Source: Octopus sinensis
Taxonomy: Eukaryota
Length of the DNA stretch: 64,000 nt
Reading direction: 5' to 3'
Assembly: GCF_006345805.1 (NCBI RefSeq)
Contig: NC_043012.1
Location: 11,842,001 to 11,906,000, forward strand
Numbering within the stretch: the first letter of the stretch is position 1; every line of letters begins with the position of its first letter. Under the pieces are notes generated by a model that ran no database searches, was not told the origin of the DNA, and was given only the letters and a program-made list of their open reading frames with translations. Shown here piece after piece: positions 27,421-41,919 of this stretch. The translations under genes were made by a program, and so were the position numbers.

Positions 27421-29275
27421 AGCCACTACTGCGGAAGCTGGCGACTCTGAGGGGCATCCCGCGAGAATTAGGATGCGGGACGAGCGTGTCTGCATACGCG
27501 GACGACGTCACCGTCATAGTGTCAAGCCACGAGCACATCGAGCGGGTCGGCGAGACACTGAAAGACTACGAAGCGGTGACAGGAGCAAAAATCAACCGGG
27601 AAAAGTCAGTGGGCTTGCGGCTCGGCACCTGGAGAAGCAAGCCCATGCCGTCCACCAGTACCTCCGTCGTGGGACGCTGGTTGAGTTGCTCGGGTCTGGT
27701 TCGGTCCGGACCTCCAAATGGAGAAGAACTGGAACGAGATAACGAGTAGGGTGGTCACTCTCGCCCAGCAATGGGCCGAGAGGAAACTGTCCCTAAAAGG
27801 TCGGGCGGAGGTGGTGAACGCGTACATCGCGTCCATCATCTACTACCGCCTGACCGTCGTACCTTGTCCCGACCCTACCATCACCAAACTAGAACGCATC
27901 CTCTTCCGCTCTTCTTTGTGGGAAAGGATGCGTCCCGATGGTCAGGCGATCCATTTGCTGTCAACACCCGTTAAAAGGAGGGCTGGGCATGCCGTGGTTG
28001 ATGATGCGCAGACACCGCTGAGACTGCGACATCTCCGGCTCTATGTAGACGACGGTGAACAGGTGTGGTCGCCGTTTGTGAGGCACGCATTCCCGCAACT
28101 CGTCTCCATGACCGAACTACAGTCGTGGATCAAAAAAGGCCGAAGAAGGGCGAATGGCACCGCGAGTGTCGCGTTGCTCTCAAGCAACTCTGCCGTCCCG
28201 GGTCGACCTTGAGTGACTTCAACACAACCAAAGCATTCTATAGGGGATTAGTGGAGGGGAGGTACGACGACGAGCTCGGGGCAAACCTGGGCGTCGACGA
28301 GGAATACCTGACCCGCCTGTTTCAAACGACTTTCGGCCCGGGACCTATGGACAACTTCCAGAGATCTCTGGCCTGGCGGTGCTACCGAGAAGCGCTACCC
28401 GTTCGGGATAAGCTCTATAGGCATGGCTCGAGAAACACGGGGCCGACCTGCCCGAGATGCGGGCAGAGCGACGAAACCGCTCTGCACGCAATCGTGCAGT
28501 GTCCAGCAATTTCCCACCTGTGGGCTTATGTCGAACGACTGCTGTCACGTGTGGGACGTGTCGGTTTATCAGCCGAGTCTATCGTTAATATCGTCACGCC
28601 TCCTTCCTTCAAACGGGAAGGAAGAGCTATTTTTATCATACTTGTGGCTATGGCGAAAGAATGTATCTGGTGGACGCGTCTGAAGGATTAGAGACAAACA
28701 CTTTCCTCTCTGGTCAATCTCTCATCAACTTCTTCAAGTATCACTTGAAGAAAAAAGTGAGAGTAGAGAGGCAAGTTTTGTCTAGTGAATGTTTTAAAAA
28801 AAGATGGGTGAATGTAGCAAGGATGGCACGTATGAATGACGAAGCCACCTTGACTATGATTCTATGAACCGTAAAAATAATACAGAGAGTTGCTTATTTG
28901 CAAAAAAAAAAAAAAAAAGAATATAACATGTGACTTCATTGACCGAGGTTACCGTGGTCTTTTCCGTAGACTTTTCTTTCCACGGGTAAACCTCACCTGT
29001 CCTCCCCTTTACACTTCATATTGACATTTCTGTGATAACGATCCCTATTGATCAATTTTTTTCCTCTCCCCCTTTTTTTACCCCCCCTTTTTTTTGTCCT
29101 CTTTCTCTCCTTTTACGATCCCTTTTGATCGACCCCCCCTTTTTATTTTATTTTTATTTTATTTTATTTATTTATTTATTTATTTATTTATTTTTTTTTT
29201 AAACCTTCAAAAGAAAAGCTCTACCTTGTAATTTGTTCTATCTGTGTGCAGCCCTGTGTGGCTAATAAAGAAACA

Positions 29276-29280
<5 letters not shown>
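27421..29280 (+). mobile_element. 5'-truncated Tx1-clade LINE (RT C-terminal half, zinc finger, 3' UTR) flanked by (CTAT)n
   Basis: SAYADDVTVIV..YEAVTGAKINREKS, KLSLKGRAEVVNAY, DNFQRSLAW..CPRCGQSDETALH, ends KKRWVNVARM; 3' end ggctaataaagaaacata then (TCTA)n. Confidence 0.93.
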
Positions 29281-29333
<53 letters not shown>

Positions 29334-29336
29334 ATA

Positions 29337-29372
<36 letters not shown>

Positions 29373-29544
29373 CTCTTCCTTACTCTCTCTCTCTCTCTAT
29401 ATATATTATATATATATATGTACATGTATGTTTGCGCGTGTATATGTATAAACATCTGTATACACTTGTATAATATGTATATATATGTATGTGTGTATGC
29501 ATATATGTATGTATCTAAAAGCAATATATATATATAATTAATAT

Positions 29545-29795
29545 AATTAATATAAACAGCAGTTTGAAATGTTTCACCAAAAAGGAAAATTATAATTGCC
29601 ATTAAGTGTCTCGAGAGTTTTAAGAAACTGACGTCACAATTAAGGATTTTCGATCGGAATTTTTGGATGATTCAGGTTCCTGTTGCTGTATATACTTTCA
29701 TTCATGTGCGTTAACTTCAGCATTAGGGCACTTTAGCTTTTATTTCTAGCAACGTACGTGTTTCTTAACAACCTAGTCACATTTAGTGACAATTA
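29545..29795. mobile_element. Putative non-autonomous TIR element; second copy at about 33481-33710 in opposite orientation
   Basis: Both start ttaatataaacagcagttt; 29590-29795 matches the reverse complement of 33525-33710. Confidence 0.55.
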
Positions 29796-29816
29796 TATAT
29801 ATATATATATACTTAA

Positions 29817-29944
29817 TTAAAGCAGCAGAAAATTCAACAAAACCTGTTACTCTGAGTTTCCCGCTGCCGTTCATCGGACAGTTTTTGCAAACGGCAACGG
29901 GAAACTCAGAGTAACAGGTTTTGTTGAATTTTCTGCTGCTTTAA
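29817..29944. repeat. Fold-back palindrome (about 55-bp arms) containing a hammerhead-like motif on the minus strand at 29839-29885
   Basis: ttaaagcagcagaaaattcaacaaaacctgttactctgagtttcccg pairs with cgggaaactcagagtaacaggttttgttgaattttctgctgctttaa. Confidence 0.85.
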
Positions 29945-30019
29945 ATAAATCATATTACTCTACCACTGGTATTTGAGTACTCTTTTTTCCACCTTGTTTC
30001 ACATTTATGTATTTACTCC

Positions 30020-30063
<44 letters not shown>

Positions 30064-30103
30064 ATATATATATGCATATATATATATATATGTATATATA
30101 TGC

Positions 30104-30140
<37 letters not shown>

Positions 30141-30193
30141 ATATATATCTTCATACTCTCAAACATCTATGGTCTCTTTCTCTCTCTCTCAAC

Positions 30194-30235
<42 letters not shown>

Positions 30236-30490
30236 TAAACCTTAGGTGGTTAGCTTAAGTTGTTTAATACCACTATCTCATTTACCAAGGCCATATTATC
30301 CAGTGATATTTGGACAGTTCTTGCATTGGAATTTTTTCTGTCATAAGCGTTGACATTTCCAATTAGTATGTAAGAGATCTTACGTGGAAACTGGTTAACT
30401 GGTTTATTTTTGCTTGTATGTCATCAAAGAATTCATATATACGCCTACGAACACTTTCATACATAACACGCATGCGTGCACACACACACA

Positions 30491-30529
<39 letters not shown>

Positions 30530-30714
30530 AACATATATATATATTATATACAAAGGAAGAGTCTAGTGTAATCCATGAGTAAGAGAGGTGCAGCCGAAAC
30601 GTAGGAGTCCAGGTGTAGGAGAGTAGAAGAAAGTCCAGGTAGAGAATCCAGATAGAATAGTCCAAGAAAAGTTCGAAGTGGAGGTGGAGATAGATCGTTA
30701 GCCACAAAACCTTT

Positions 30715-30875
30715 TTCTATTTTCCATCCCTGTTTATTAGTGTTCCTTTCTGTCGAAGAGCGTAGGCTCGAAACGTAAAAGACTTTTTCACTTCGCGAGC
30801 GTTAAACTAATACATCTGTTTGTTGCTTAGACACCCATCTTCGTCTATTGTTTTTTTTTGCAAATTCTCACTATA
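30715..30875 (+). mobile_element. pLTR-like repeat C1, motif at 30746-30781
   Basis: cttt CTGTCGA A GAGC gtag GCTC GAAACGTA aaag. Confidence 0.7.
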
Positions 30876-30959
30876 TTATATACACATAGGCATACATAAT
30901 ATTTATCTGAAACTAGCTTATACATTCATGAATACATACATACAGTGGATTTCCAACAT

Positions 30960-31540
30960 ATAGCACCCCACTCCAGATCATCACAGATCTTCCTCCATCT
31001 TTAACAGTTGGAAGAAGGCAGTCTGGGTCAAATGCTTCTTTTGGCTGTCTCCGCATGTATACTCGGCCGGTGGTCAGAAATAAGGTAAAGGATGATTCCT
31101 CCGAGAAAATAACATTCTTCCACTGCTTTAGGGATCAATTCTATAGGTTTTTATTCCACTCGAAACGTTTGTTTCTGAAAGTAGTGGTTTTCTGATTGCT
31201 GCCCTCCCGTGAAATCCGGCTTTGTGCAGCTCCCGGCGAACAGTTTTTGTGAAACTGGGTTCTCGAGATGGTCATTAAGCTCTGCAGTAATTTTAGGAGC
31301 TGCACTTTTGTGGTCCTTTCTAACAATTCGTGTAAGAGTCCGACGCTCCCTATCTAAAAGTGTTAGTTTTCTTTTTGTTTTAGTTTTGTTTCGATGAGGA
31401 TGTTTTTCCCTCTTTCTCAAAGGCTGTCATTACTTTCGAGTCAGTACTTCTTGATACACCAAATATTTCGGCTGTTTTTGTTATGCTAGCGCCTGCCATG
31501 CGAGCACCAACAATTTGACCTCTTTGAAATTATATATATG
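30960..31540 (-). pseudogene. Tc1-family transposase remnant
   Basis: FQRGQIVGARMAGASITKTAEIFGVSRST (HTH), RERRTLTRIVRKDHK..ITAELN, RQPKEAFDPDCLLPTVKDGGRSVMIW; frameshifted. Confidence 0.9.
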
Positions 31541-32512
31541 AGTGTGCATATGTGTGTCTTTGTATCTATGCATGTGCTATTCAACCGCTTCTTAATGTAT
31601 TTATGCCCCCGCAACTTAGTGGTTCACCAAAAAGCAATATGATATTACCAAATTTGAAAAAATAATGTCTGGGGTCTATTTGTTCGACTAAACACCAGTA
31701 AAGCGGTGATCCAACATGGCTGCAGTCCAGTATCTTGAAGCAAGTGGACGAAAGTGAAGGAAAAGATATTGATCCAATACTCTATCTCTCTCTTTCTCTC
31801 ACACACACACACGCACATACGCACATAAATGCATACACACACATACATGAACAAACACACATTCACAGTAGAAAAAGAAAAACTAAAGCAGCAACAAGGA
31901 AATCATAGTGCTACCTGTTGAAACAAATTCGTTATAAACAAAAGAAAGAAATCCTCAGCTTGTTAAAATTACCTTCGTTCATAACAATAGGACCGCTTAG
32001 GATATTGTCTAAAACGAAGGCAGAATATAACTAGAAGACAAGAGAAAAGAAATGTATTTGCATATGTGTGTGTGCTTTTGCGTGAAAGTGTTTATATATG
32101 TGGGCGTGCGGTGATGTACGTCAAAAAAGCCAGTCAAGCAAAGATTATGTTCATGATAAAACATGTGCTAATATAGATTAAACATATTGCTTGTTCAGTG
32201 TGAAAGTTATAAAGTCCAACTGACATACAACGATATGAAGCAACAATGGTAACAACAATGAAACAAAAGACTAGAGCACACACACTGAGCGTGCGCACAC
32301 AAAAGAGGAAGAAAACAGAGCAAAACTTGATGAATATAAATATGATCGAATGAAAAACGAAACGAAAGCAAACGAATATGTGAAGACAGGTTTGAAGTAA
32401 GACCCGTATCGGCACGAACAAACACTATCGGCTGCGTATACCTACGCAAAACCACAAGGATCGAAAGACATACATATTTATCATGACACGTACGAATACA
32501 ACCACAGCTGAA

Positions 32513-32700
32513 ATGGAGGCGTAAAGGCCCAGTGGTTAGGGCAGCGGACTCACGGTCGTAAGAACGCGGTTTCGATTCCCCGACTGGGCATTGTGAGTGC
32601 TTATTGAGCAAAAACACCTAAGCTCCACCAGGCTCCGGCAGGGAGAGTGGTGAACCCCGCTGTACTCTTCACCACAACTTTCTCTCATTCTTTCTTCCTA
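32513..32700 (+). mobile_element. tRNA-derived SINE family D
   Basis: ggaggcgtaaaggcccagtggttagggcagcggactc..ggtttcgattccc (A and B boxes); paralogues at 43540-43725 and 47060-47240. Confidence 0.8.
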
Positions 32701-33409
32701 CTTCTGCCACAAAGCAGAGGAACCATAGTGTAACCACTATGGTGTGATAAACTTTCAGACCCTAGTCTAGATTGCGGATCCTCTGTACCCCGGGATGATT
32801 CAGCTCTCCACCCGTTAAAAGCCACCGGTTACGGAATGAGGATGACAACGTAGCTTTCGCGCCTGTGCAACTGCTAGTCTATCGCGTGTGGTGGGTGGAT
32901 CTTCAAGTTGCCGCACGCATTCTTAGTAGCTTAGAGTAGGCTCGAATTAGAGATTATTCTTTGTGGCTAATGGCGTGAGTCCTGATTGGAAGAAGAAGTA
33001 GAAGAAGAAGACCATAGCTGAATATATACATATACGATGATGGCATCATCTCGTTAGATGACAGCCGTCACACATTTCACCTGATTCTTCTGATTTACTT
33101 TCATCCTTACATATGCATGGATATGCTGTACATGCTGCAATGCATCCATCGCCATAGCAATTTATGAAATACAAAATGGATCAAGAAATGAATGGACAGT
33201 GAGACATCCGTACATCAATAGATTTAAGTGACAAAAGCTTGTACCAAACATTGGTCTTTCTCTCGGCTGCCATAGTAGGTTCCTATGGTAAGCATTAGAA
33301 AATTACTAGAACTATTTCGACTCCCAGATTTATGTTAGTGTGTCTTTCTCAGAAATAATGGGAGCCTCGTCTACCTCTGGAAAATCTAGTAATAGTTAAT
33401 CCATAGATA

Positions 33410-33483
<74 letters not shown>

Positions 33484-34058
33484 TTAATATAAACAGCAGT
33501 TTACTGTTTTGCCAAACAGGAGAATTATAATTGTCACTAAATGTGACTAGGGTGCTAGGAAACAACTACATTGTTAGAAATAAGAGCTAAGCCACTCTAA
33601 TTCTGTAGTTAACGCATATGAATGAAAGTATATACATACACTGGCAGGGACCATAATTGTCCGAAAAATGCCAATCGAGAATCCTCAATATTAACGTCAG
33701 TTTCGGCAATTTCCGTTGCCTCATCAGCTAAGCCCTCTCGTTATTAATATTTATGTTTTCGTCATCAAATTATTGAATGATTTAGCGATTCGCTAATGTG
33801 TATATATGAGATTAATATACACAGCAATAAACAATAGTTTGCAATGTTTCACCATGGTGGCTGATAACTCGTAGACAAGTTACGACCATCACTTATAAAT
33901 TATCTCAGCTTCGATGTTAAAGACTATGGCTTTCAGCAATGCCTGCGTGAAATTCAATGCCACTAATAGCTTGCAAAACACCGTCCATAAAGCCAAGTAT
34001 TCCCAAAACAAGCAAGTCCAAAGTCTCCGACGTTGCTATGAGGTATTTCTATTTCCTA

Positions 34059-34480
34059 TAGGCGTAGGTGTGTGGTAAGTAGCTTGCTTACCAACCACAT
34101 GGTTCCAGGTCCAGTCCCACTGCGTCGCACCTTGGGCAAGTGCCATCTACTATAGCATTGGACCGACCAAAGCCTTGTGAGTGGATTTGGGACTGAACCC
34201 GGAACCATGTGGTTGCTTAGCAAGCTACTTACCACACAGCCACTCCTGCGCCTATATATATATGTACGTGTGTATATATGTTTGTGTGTCTGTGTTTGTC
34301 CCTCCAACATCGATGCTGGTGTGTTTACGTCCCCGTCACTTAGCGGATCGCCAAAAGGCACCGATAGAATAATCACTAGGCTTACAAAGAATAAGTCCTG
34401 GGGTCGATTTGCTCGACTAAAGGCGGTGCTCTAGCATGGCCACAGTCAAATGACTGAAACAAGTAAAAGAGTAAGGAGTA
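34059..34480 (+). mobile_element. SINE family B with an internal inverted copy of its own tRNA head
   Basis: 34059-34119 pairs with 34188-34254; the 3' half then resumes on +. Confidence 0.8.
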
Positions 34481-34721
34481 AAAGGGATGTCGAAACAAAG
34501 ACGGGGGGGGGGGAGAGGTGCCTTTCACTCCCAACTCTTTGATGGACTTTGACTCTATCGGGTTTATCCGTCCTTTGTTTTGTTTTTCGTCCTACAGGGT
34601 GTGCAAGAAAATCAGCCTCCCTATCAAGCATGATTGACAGGGCTACCGGGTTAGTCATCAACGGCCCGACTATACGAGTGGTTGTGATAAGTAACATGTT
34701 ACAATTAGTACTAAGAGCTGC

Positions 34722-34773
<52 letters not shown>

Positions 34774-35047
34774 CTCATGTTTCAGTCGCTGGACTGTTTC
34801 CATGATAAGGCACTGCCTTAAAGGATTTAGTCAAATACATCAACTCTGGTACTTGTTTTTGAATCTGGTACTTATTCCATCGTTCTCTTTTTCCGAATCG
34901 GTATGTTATGGAAATGTAAACAAAGTAACACCGGTTGTCAAGTGCTGTCGGAGAACAATTACAAAGACACACACGCACACCTATAAACCTAACTCTCTAT
35001 CTACCTGCCTATACATACATGCATACATAAGTATATATATATATAAT

Positions 35048-35115
<68 letters not shown>

Positions 35116-35181
35116 TGATATATATATATACACATATACATATACATACATACATATATATATACATACATATATACATAC

Positions 35182-35260
<79 letters not shown>

Positions 35261-35469
35261 TATACGGTAGGCTTTTTTCAGTTACCAAATCCACTCACGA
35301 GTCTTGGATGAAGTGAGCTGAAACAAGAAACACTTGCCGAAGGTGCCGTGCATGGGATTGAACTTAAGACCACATAGTTGGCAAGCAAACTTCTTAAGCA
35401 CACATGCATGTGTATATAGCTCTGTAGAGGCTGCAAATTACTTTGTATTAATTGTTGTTGCATCATTAA

Positions 35470-35600
35470 GGCGGTGAACTGGCAGAATCGTTAAAACGCC
35501 GGAGAAAATGCTTAGCTGCATTTAATCCGTCTTATTATCCAAGCGCTATATGTCCTGAGTTCAAATCTTGCCGCCTGCATCTCGACCATTGGTCGTTGAA
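35470..35600 (+). mobile_element. SINE family A 5' part
   Basis: ggcggtgaactggcagaatcgttaaaacgccgg..ctgagttcaaatc. Confidence 0.65.
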
Positions 35601-36092
35601 GATCAATTAAAGTAGCAGTCGAAGGTTTTGGATAAGTGGAATTGCTTGATAGTTTGCTTATTAGGATCTGAATGCCCAGACATGTTTGGCGGACTTATCT
35701 GCTTCTACCTGTAGCATTCTGTCTTGTGAAAATATGTAATACCCAAAAGAAGCCAACGGAAATCCCATTTTTACTATCGTACGAAAATTCCATTGCAAAC
35801 GCTATGCGTTCGTTAAGGAAGTCATTAGAGGTAGTTCGTTGACCTGACGGTCGTATGAGGAAAAGAAGGACATAGTATATACTTCTCTGTTCATATGTGT
35901 GTGTATGTGTTTCAGAGCAAGTATTCTTTTCAATACGTCACTGTTAAATTAATCATTATTCCGTGACATTTTCCTCGTCATATCTAGAATCAACGATCTG
36001 TTTTATTTGAAAGAAGATGAAAACGGTTTTGTCTGTTTGAACTTGAAAGGAAGCACCCACACAATATTCAGAAAGAGAGATGGGCAGAGAGC

Positions 36093-36133
<41 letters not shown>

Positions 36134-36295
36134 AGGGAGAGAAAAAGAGAGAAAGAAAGAAACGGAGAGAGAGATAGAGAGAGAGAAAGAGAGACAGATA
36201 GAGGCAGAGGGACACAGAGAGCGAAATTAAGCTTAATAAAGAAAAGAAACTACGATATATCTCTTATTACAAAAATGCAATAAAAATATCAAGAC

Positions 36296-36381
<86 letters not shown>

Positions 36382-37599
36382 CATATATATATATATATAT
36401 ATAATATATATATACAAATACATATATGATATGATATAATATAATATAATATAAAGGATATCGTCGATTATATCGACTTCCTTGTTAATTTTAAATCGAT
36501 CTTGCTTGGTAATTTTACCGATTCGAGAAAAATGAAAATAAATTCAATCCTAGCGGAGTTTGTCATCAGAACGTAACAGCAGGCGCCTTAGTCGAGCAGG
36601 AGTTATTTGGAACGATGTTCTATTGATTCGACATCAAAGAAATTAATTCGCTCCCCGCCTCTCTCTTTCTCCCTTTCTCTTTACGTTTACTAAAGGCAAT
36701 AATAGAAATAATTCTTACAAATTCTCTTTTAAAGAAGCTTTAGCAGTAGTCAAATTTATCCTATAATATGATCAAAACCTTTTGTCCAGAGACAGGAAAT
36801 ACAGTGTCATCAAGTTAGCAATATCCATGATGATTTTAATATTATTGTTATATGCTATAAATACTATAAAAGTTACAAAAACCCAATGGCTATCATGATT
36901 TGTTCGTTAGATATCAAAATACGAGGTAACTGGTTTCAAGTTTTGGCACAAGGCCAGCAAGTTCCTGGAAGGGACTAAGTCGATTACGTCGACTATAGTG
37001 CTCAACTTGATGTATTTGGGAAAGGCATAATTGCATAAGTTTTCCATTATTTTTCCAAAATTATGAATGCTTTTTTGCTAAACTTTAAAAAGAACATATT
37101 TTCTCCAATACCTCCTTTCCAAAGATTTTTAAAATATATTTTCATTCAAGCACTTTGTGATACCTGTAGGCAATTAGTTTTCTTTTAGCAAATTAGTTTT
37201 TGTGCTACATTGTTTAAAGATTTAGTTTAAAGATTTAGCATAACATTTATTCTCAACAAAGGCTGCTATATTCATGGGAAGAATTCAACTTTCAGTTTTA
37301 TCATGCTACTACTTAATATTGTTAATGTACCGGTCAACAACTAAAAGAAAGGTGTGGGCAGAGAAGAGAGTCCAAAAATGCTTTGAGAAGGAAGGATTAG
37401 ACATAGTGGTTAGCGGATGGGGTTCACACAAAGATGCCAACAGATGGAGAGACAATTGGATCAGAGCTGTCTCAACCAGTTAGTTTTAAGGAGTTAACGC
37501 CATTTTCTTAATACATGGTAATAAGCATCTTAATATGTCATCGGTGAGTTGAAAGATCTGGTAGAATGCATCACGCAGACGTTGACTGGAGTAACTAAA

Positions 37600-37965
37600 T
37601 GTCCAACCTTGGTCTACGCTCGATTCAGGTCAAAGAGCTGTGCTTCAGAAAGATGTATTGAATGAATGACAACCACATCTATTCACCATTTTCGTGTAGT
37701 TATCCAAGAATGTCTGCAAGCGCTTCAGCCTTAGAGATGCCCGCTCATCATCCTCCACAACAGCCCGAGACTAACCTGGACTGGATGTTGGTAGCAAAAA
37801 GCTTTGTTGACAAGCGAAATCTGTCCCTTCCACAAAAGGTGAAACGGCAGTCTGACCAGATTTTTAGTGGGCCAAAATTTAACGGTCAGTTGGAAATACA
37901 CTTCTGAAATTGTATAAGCTTTAGCCCATTCCACATCACCTTTCAAGAACAACTTCTTCTCAGCC
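37600..37965 (-). mobile_element. Tx1-clade ORF2 fragment
   Basis: LVRLPFHLLWKGQISLVNKAFCYQHP matches the post-RT region of the 27421 element. Confidence 0.6.
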
Positions 37966-37989
37966 AATTTCTAAATGAAGCTGACCACT

Positions 37990-38300
37990 CCATTCGCCCT
38001 CTTCTCTGCATTTTCTCCCACAGGAGGTCTGATATAAACCACTATCCGAGCATCTTAACTTGTTCTAGAGACAGGATCCACCGACTATACATGAAGAGAG
38101 GAAATAGAGGAAGGGGACTGATAAATGTGGAAGATGCCTATTATAGTTCGGTCCTTGGTGACAGTATCATAAGGCATCAAGAGGAATATAAAGGAAATTG
38201 GAATAGGGTCCTCAATAGAACTGTTACAAAAGGTTTGCCTCCTTGGCACGGCCAGAATAATCAGGAAAGTATTAGCTGAAGAGAACGAAAAGCATGGTAC
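37990..38300 (+). mobile_element. R4/Dong-like non-LTR RT C-terminal remnant
   Basis: HRLYMKRGNRGRGLINVEDAY resembles the LY.PR..GGRGL motif of restriction-like-endonuclease LINEs; near (AAT)n. Confidence 0.5.
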
Positions 38301-39554
38301 TGTAAGCTGTAGGTAGTAAGCCGGCTACGCATGCTAGGCTCCAGGAGCTCCAACAAAACTTGTAATAAAGAGAAAGTAAAAATAATAATAATGTATTAAT
38401 AATAATAATGCAATACCAGGCAGTGGCTCTCATGGCTTCTGATCTTAACTGACTGGAAGTGTTATCATGTACGTTGTTTTGTCATGGTATAAAAGATAGG
38501 TTACAGAAAATATTCTGCTCAGTACCACAGATTTGCTTGTTAGTTGTTTGACCTTAACCAGTCGAGCATGTCCCTTAGTGGCTTACGATATGTGCATCTC
38601 TGATCAGGAGCAGAGTAGTGGGGGGACCATCATAATCATGTGCTGAGAGGAATTCTTTCGGGTTTGGATAATTCACTTCTGGAAAAATGGGCGTTTCCTT
38701 AAGCAACCCTTATTCAAGGACCTTTTGAGCGGGATGGGCTGCTCAAACTGCAGAAAATTCTAACTGGGCTCCACCTGCAAGATGTTTAAATGACGATAGA
38801 TAAAATTTGTGGCAGCGTAAATTTGAGGCCCAATAGCGAAGGAAAAAAAAAGAAACTATTTTAGAATTGTATTTACTGCTACGGAAACACCTACATACAC
38901 CGGCCCGACAAAAACTTCGATTTTTCTATTCAAACACAAAGTATTTATCGATCTTATACATTCTTATACTTGCAGTCACAAAGATCTACCAAACTCGACA
39001 CACGTATAAACACACGTAAGCAAACATTTCATTTTCTCTATCACGTGTTTCCTCCTCCTCCTCCTCCCCTCCTCCTCCTCCTCTCATTGTTTTATGGTCC
39101 GCTCTGTTTCTGTTTCCCTTCCACTCTGTTTCATTTTTTTTGTTTAGCCCCCCCTCTCTACTCGCTTGTCTTTTTCCTTCTTTTCTTTGTCTAAGCATCT
39201 CTCTCTCTCTCTCTCACACTATCTCACGCACTAATTCTATGTAAGTTATCTTCTTTTTTTTGTTTGCTCCTTTCTTTCTCATTTTCACGTTTAATTTTTT
39301 GCCGCTCTTTCCCGTTGTTTCTCAGTCTGTCCGTCTGTCTGTCTGTCTTTATTTCACAAACCCACCTACACAAACGCACTCTCTCCAACTCAGTATTTAA
39401 TTGTACTTTGTGTGTTCTTCTTCTTCCTTCTCCCTTCGCCTCCTTTCTTTCTTTTTTCAGAGCTAATTCAGTTTTCTCTTTTCCCCTAATCTAATGTTTT
39501 CTCGTGTCTCTTTTTCTTTTCTTTAGCTCTTCCATACTTTCCATTCAGTATCTG

Positions 39555-40295
39555 CAGGCGCAAGTGTAGGTGTGTGGTAAGAAGTTTGCTTCCCAACCAC
39601 ATGGTTCTTGGTTCAGTTCCACTGCGTGGCAACTTGGGTGAGTGTCTTCTACTATAGCCTCGGGCCGGCCTAGGCGTTCCTTGTGAGCGAATTTGGTAGA
39701 CGGAAACAGAAAGAAACCTCTCGTGGCTGTGTGGATAGTCGCAGGACTGGATGCGTGGTAAGAAACTCGCTTCCCAGATTCTGGGTTCGTTCAGTCCCAC
39801 TGCGTGGCAACTTGGGCAAGTGTCTTCTATTATAGCCTCGGTCCGACCAAAACCTTGTAAGTGGATTTGGTAGACAGAAACTGAAGATATTTAGTCTTTT
39901 ATTCTTGTTTCAGTGATATGACTGCGGCCATGCTGAAGCATCACCTTTAGTCGAGCAAATCGACTCCGGGATGTATTCTTTGTAAGCCTAGTACTTATTC
40001 TATCGAGCTCTTTTTCCGAACCGTTTAGTTACGGGGACGTAAACACACCAACATCGGTTGTCAAGCGATGATGGGGACAAACACAAACACACAAATACAT
40101 ACATGCACGCACACACACACACACCACACACACACACACACACACATACGAGGGTCTCTTTCAGTTTTCGTCTACCAAATCCACTTACAAGGCTTTGGTC
40201 GACCCGAAGCTATAGCAGACGGTTTCCCAAGGTTCAGTCGGACTGAACCCAGAACCATGTGTTTAGGAAGCAAGCTTTTCACCACATTGCCACTC
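39555..40295. mobile_element. Two tandem SINE B heads (+) followed by an inverted SINE B (-)
   Basis: ggttcagttcc/gttcagtccc heads at about 39555 and 39725; minus copy at about 39895-40295. Confidence 0.8.
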
Positions 40296-40973
40296 CTCAC
40301 ACACGCTCATACACATGTACGCATATTCACACACACCGAGACAGCAACCCTTCTCCCACACATTATTCATCCATGTCGTGTGTCGCTCAGCTAATTCGGT
40401 TTAATTAATCTCAGTTTCTTTCTTCTACCAAGTTACCTCAATAACACCATTGTCAACATTTATACAATTCTGTTGTCTTTGCAGTTTTTTTAATGCTATT
40501 TCTTTTTATCGAATTTCCTTTTCAAATTGCAAATAAAAAAGTCAACGATTCATTCATTCATTCTTTTATTCATTCATTCTTTCATTCTTTCATTCATTCA
40601 TTCTTTCTTTCATTCATTCATTCATTCATTCATTCCCATTTACCATTACAATTCAGAAGTACCGCTTACCATTCCTGTTATTTGTGCAGTTGTTTATACA
40701 GGTGATATTCCTCTTGTTGATGTTATCGATGTTGTTGAAACTATTTATGTTGCATTTGATGTTGTTGTTGTTGTGCTTGTATGTTGTTGACTTGTTGATG
40801 TTCTGGTTGTTGTTTGTCTTCTTAGATTGTTTAGCGCCTTTCATTTCAACAATTCTAACGGAAATTGCATCTGAACGAGTGTTTAATTAAGAGTTTTGTA
40901 CCCCTGAAAGTGTTATATTCCGGTACTCCCACACAGGAGACATATCAGAACATACCAATCAGCGAATTGGTAC

Positions 40974-41850
<877 letters not shown>

Positions 41851-41919
41851 TCTATCTATCTTCCTTTCTATCTATCTATCTATCTATCTATCGATCCTAC
41901 ACTAGCCACTCCTTTTTCA

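Noticed and set aside
20400-29280. One Tx1 element split by a 4.6-kb insertion
   Set aside because: The 5' part is much more decayed and AT-richer, part of the RT is missing from both pieces, and the 3' part has its own CTAT flank. Two insertions are more likely.
34597-34695. Strong splice acceptor ttttcgtcctacag
   Set aside because: No recognisable peptide follows, and TACAGGGTG also fits a Tc1/mariner terminus.
38400-38790. Probable interspersed repeat next to (AAT)n
   Set aside because: It is single copy in this window and has no diagnostic motif, so it cannot be supported from the sequence alone.
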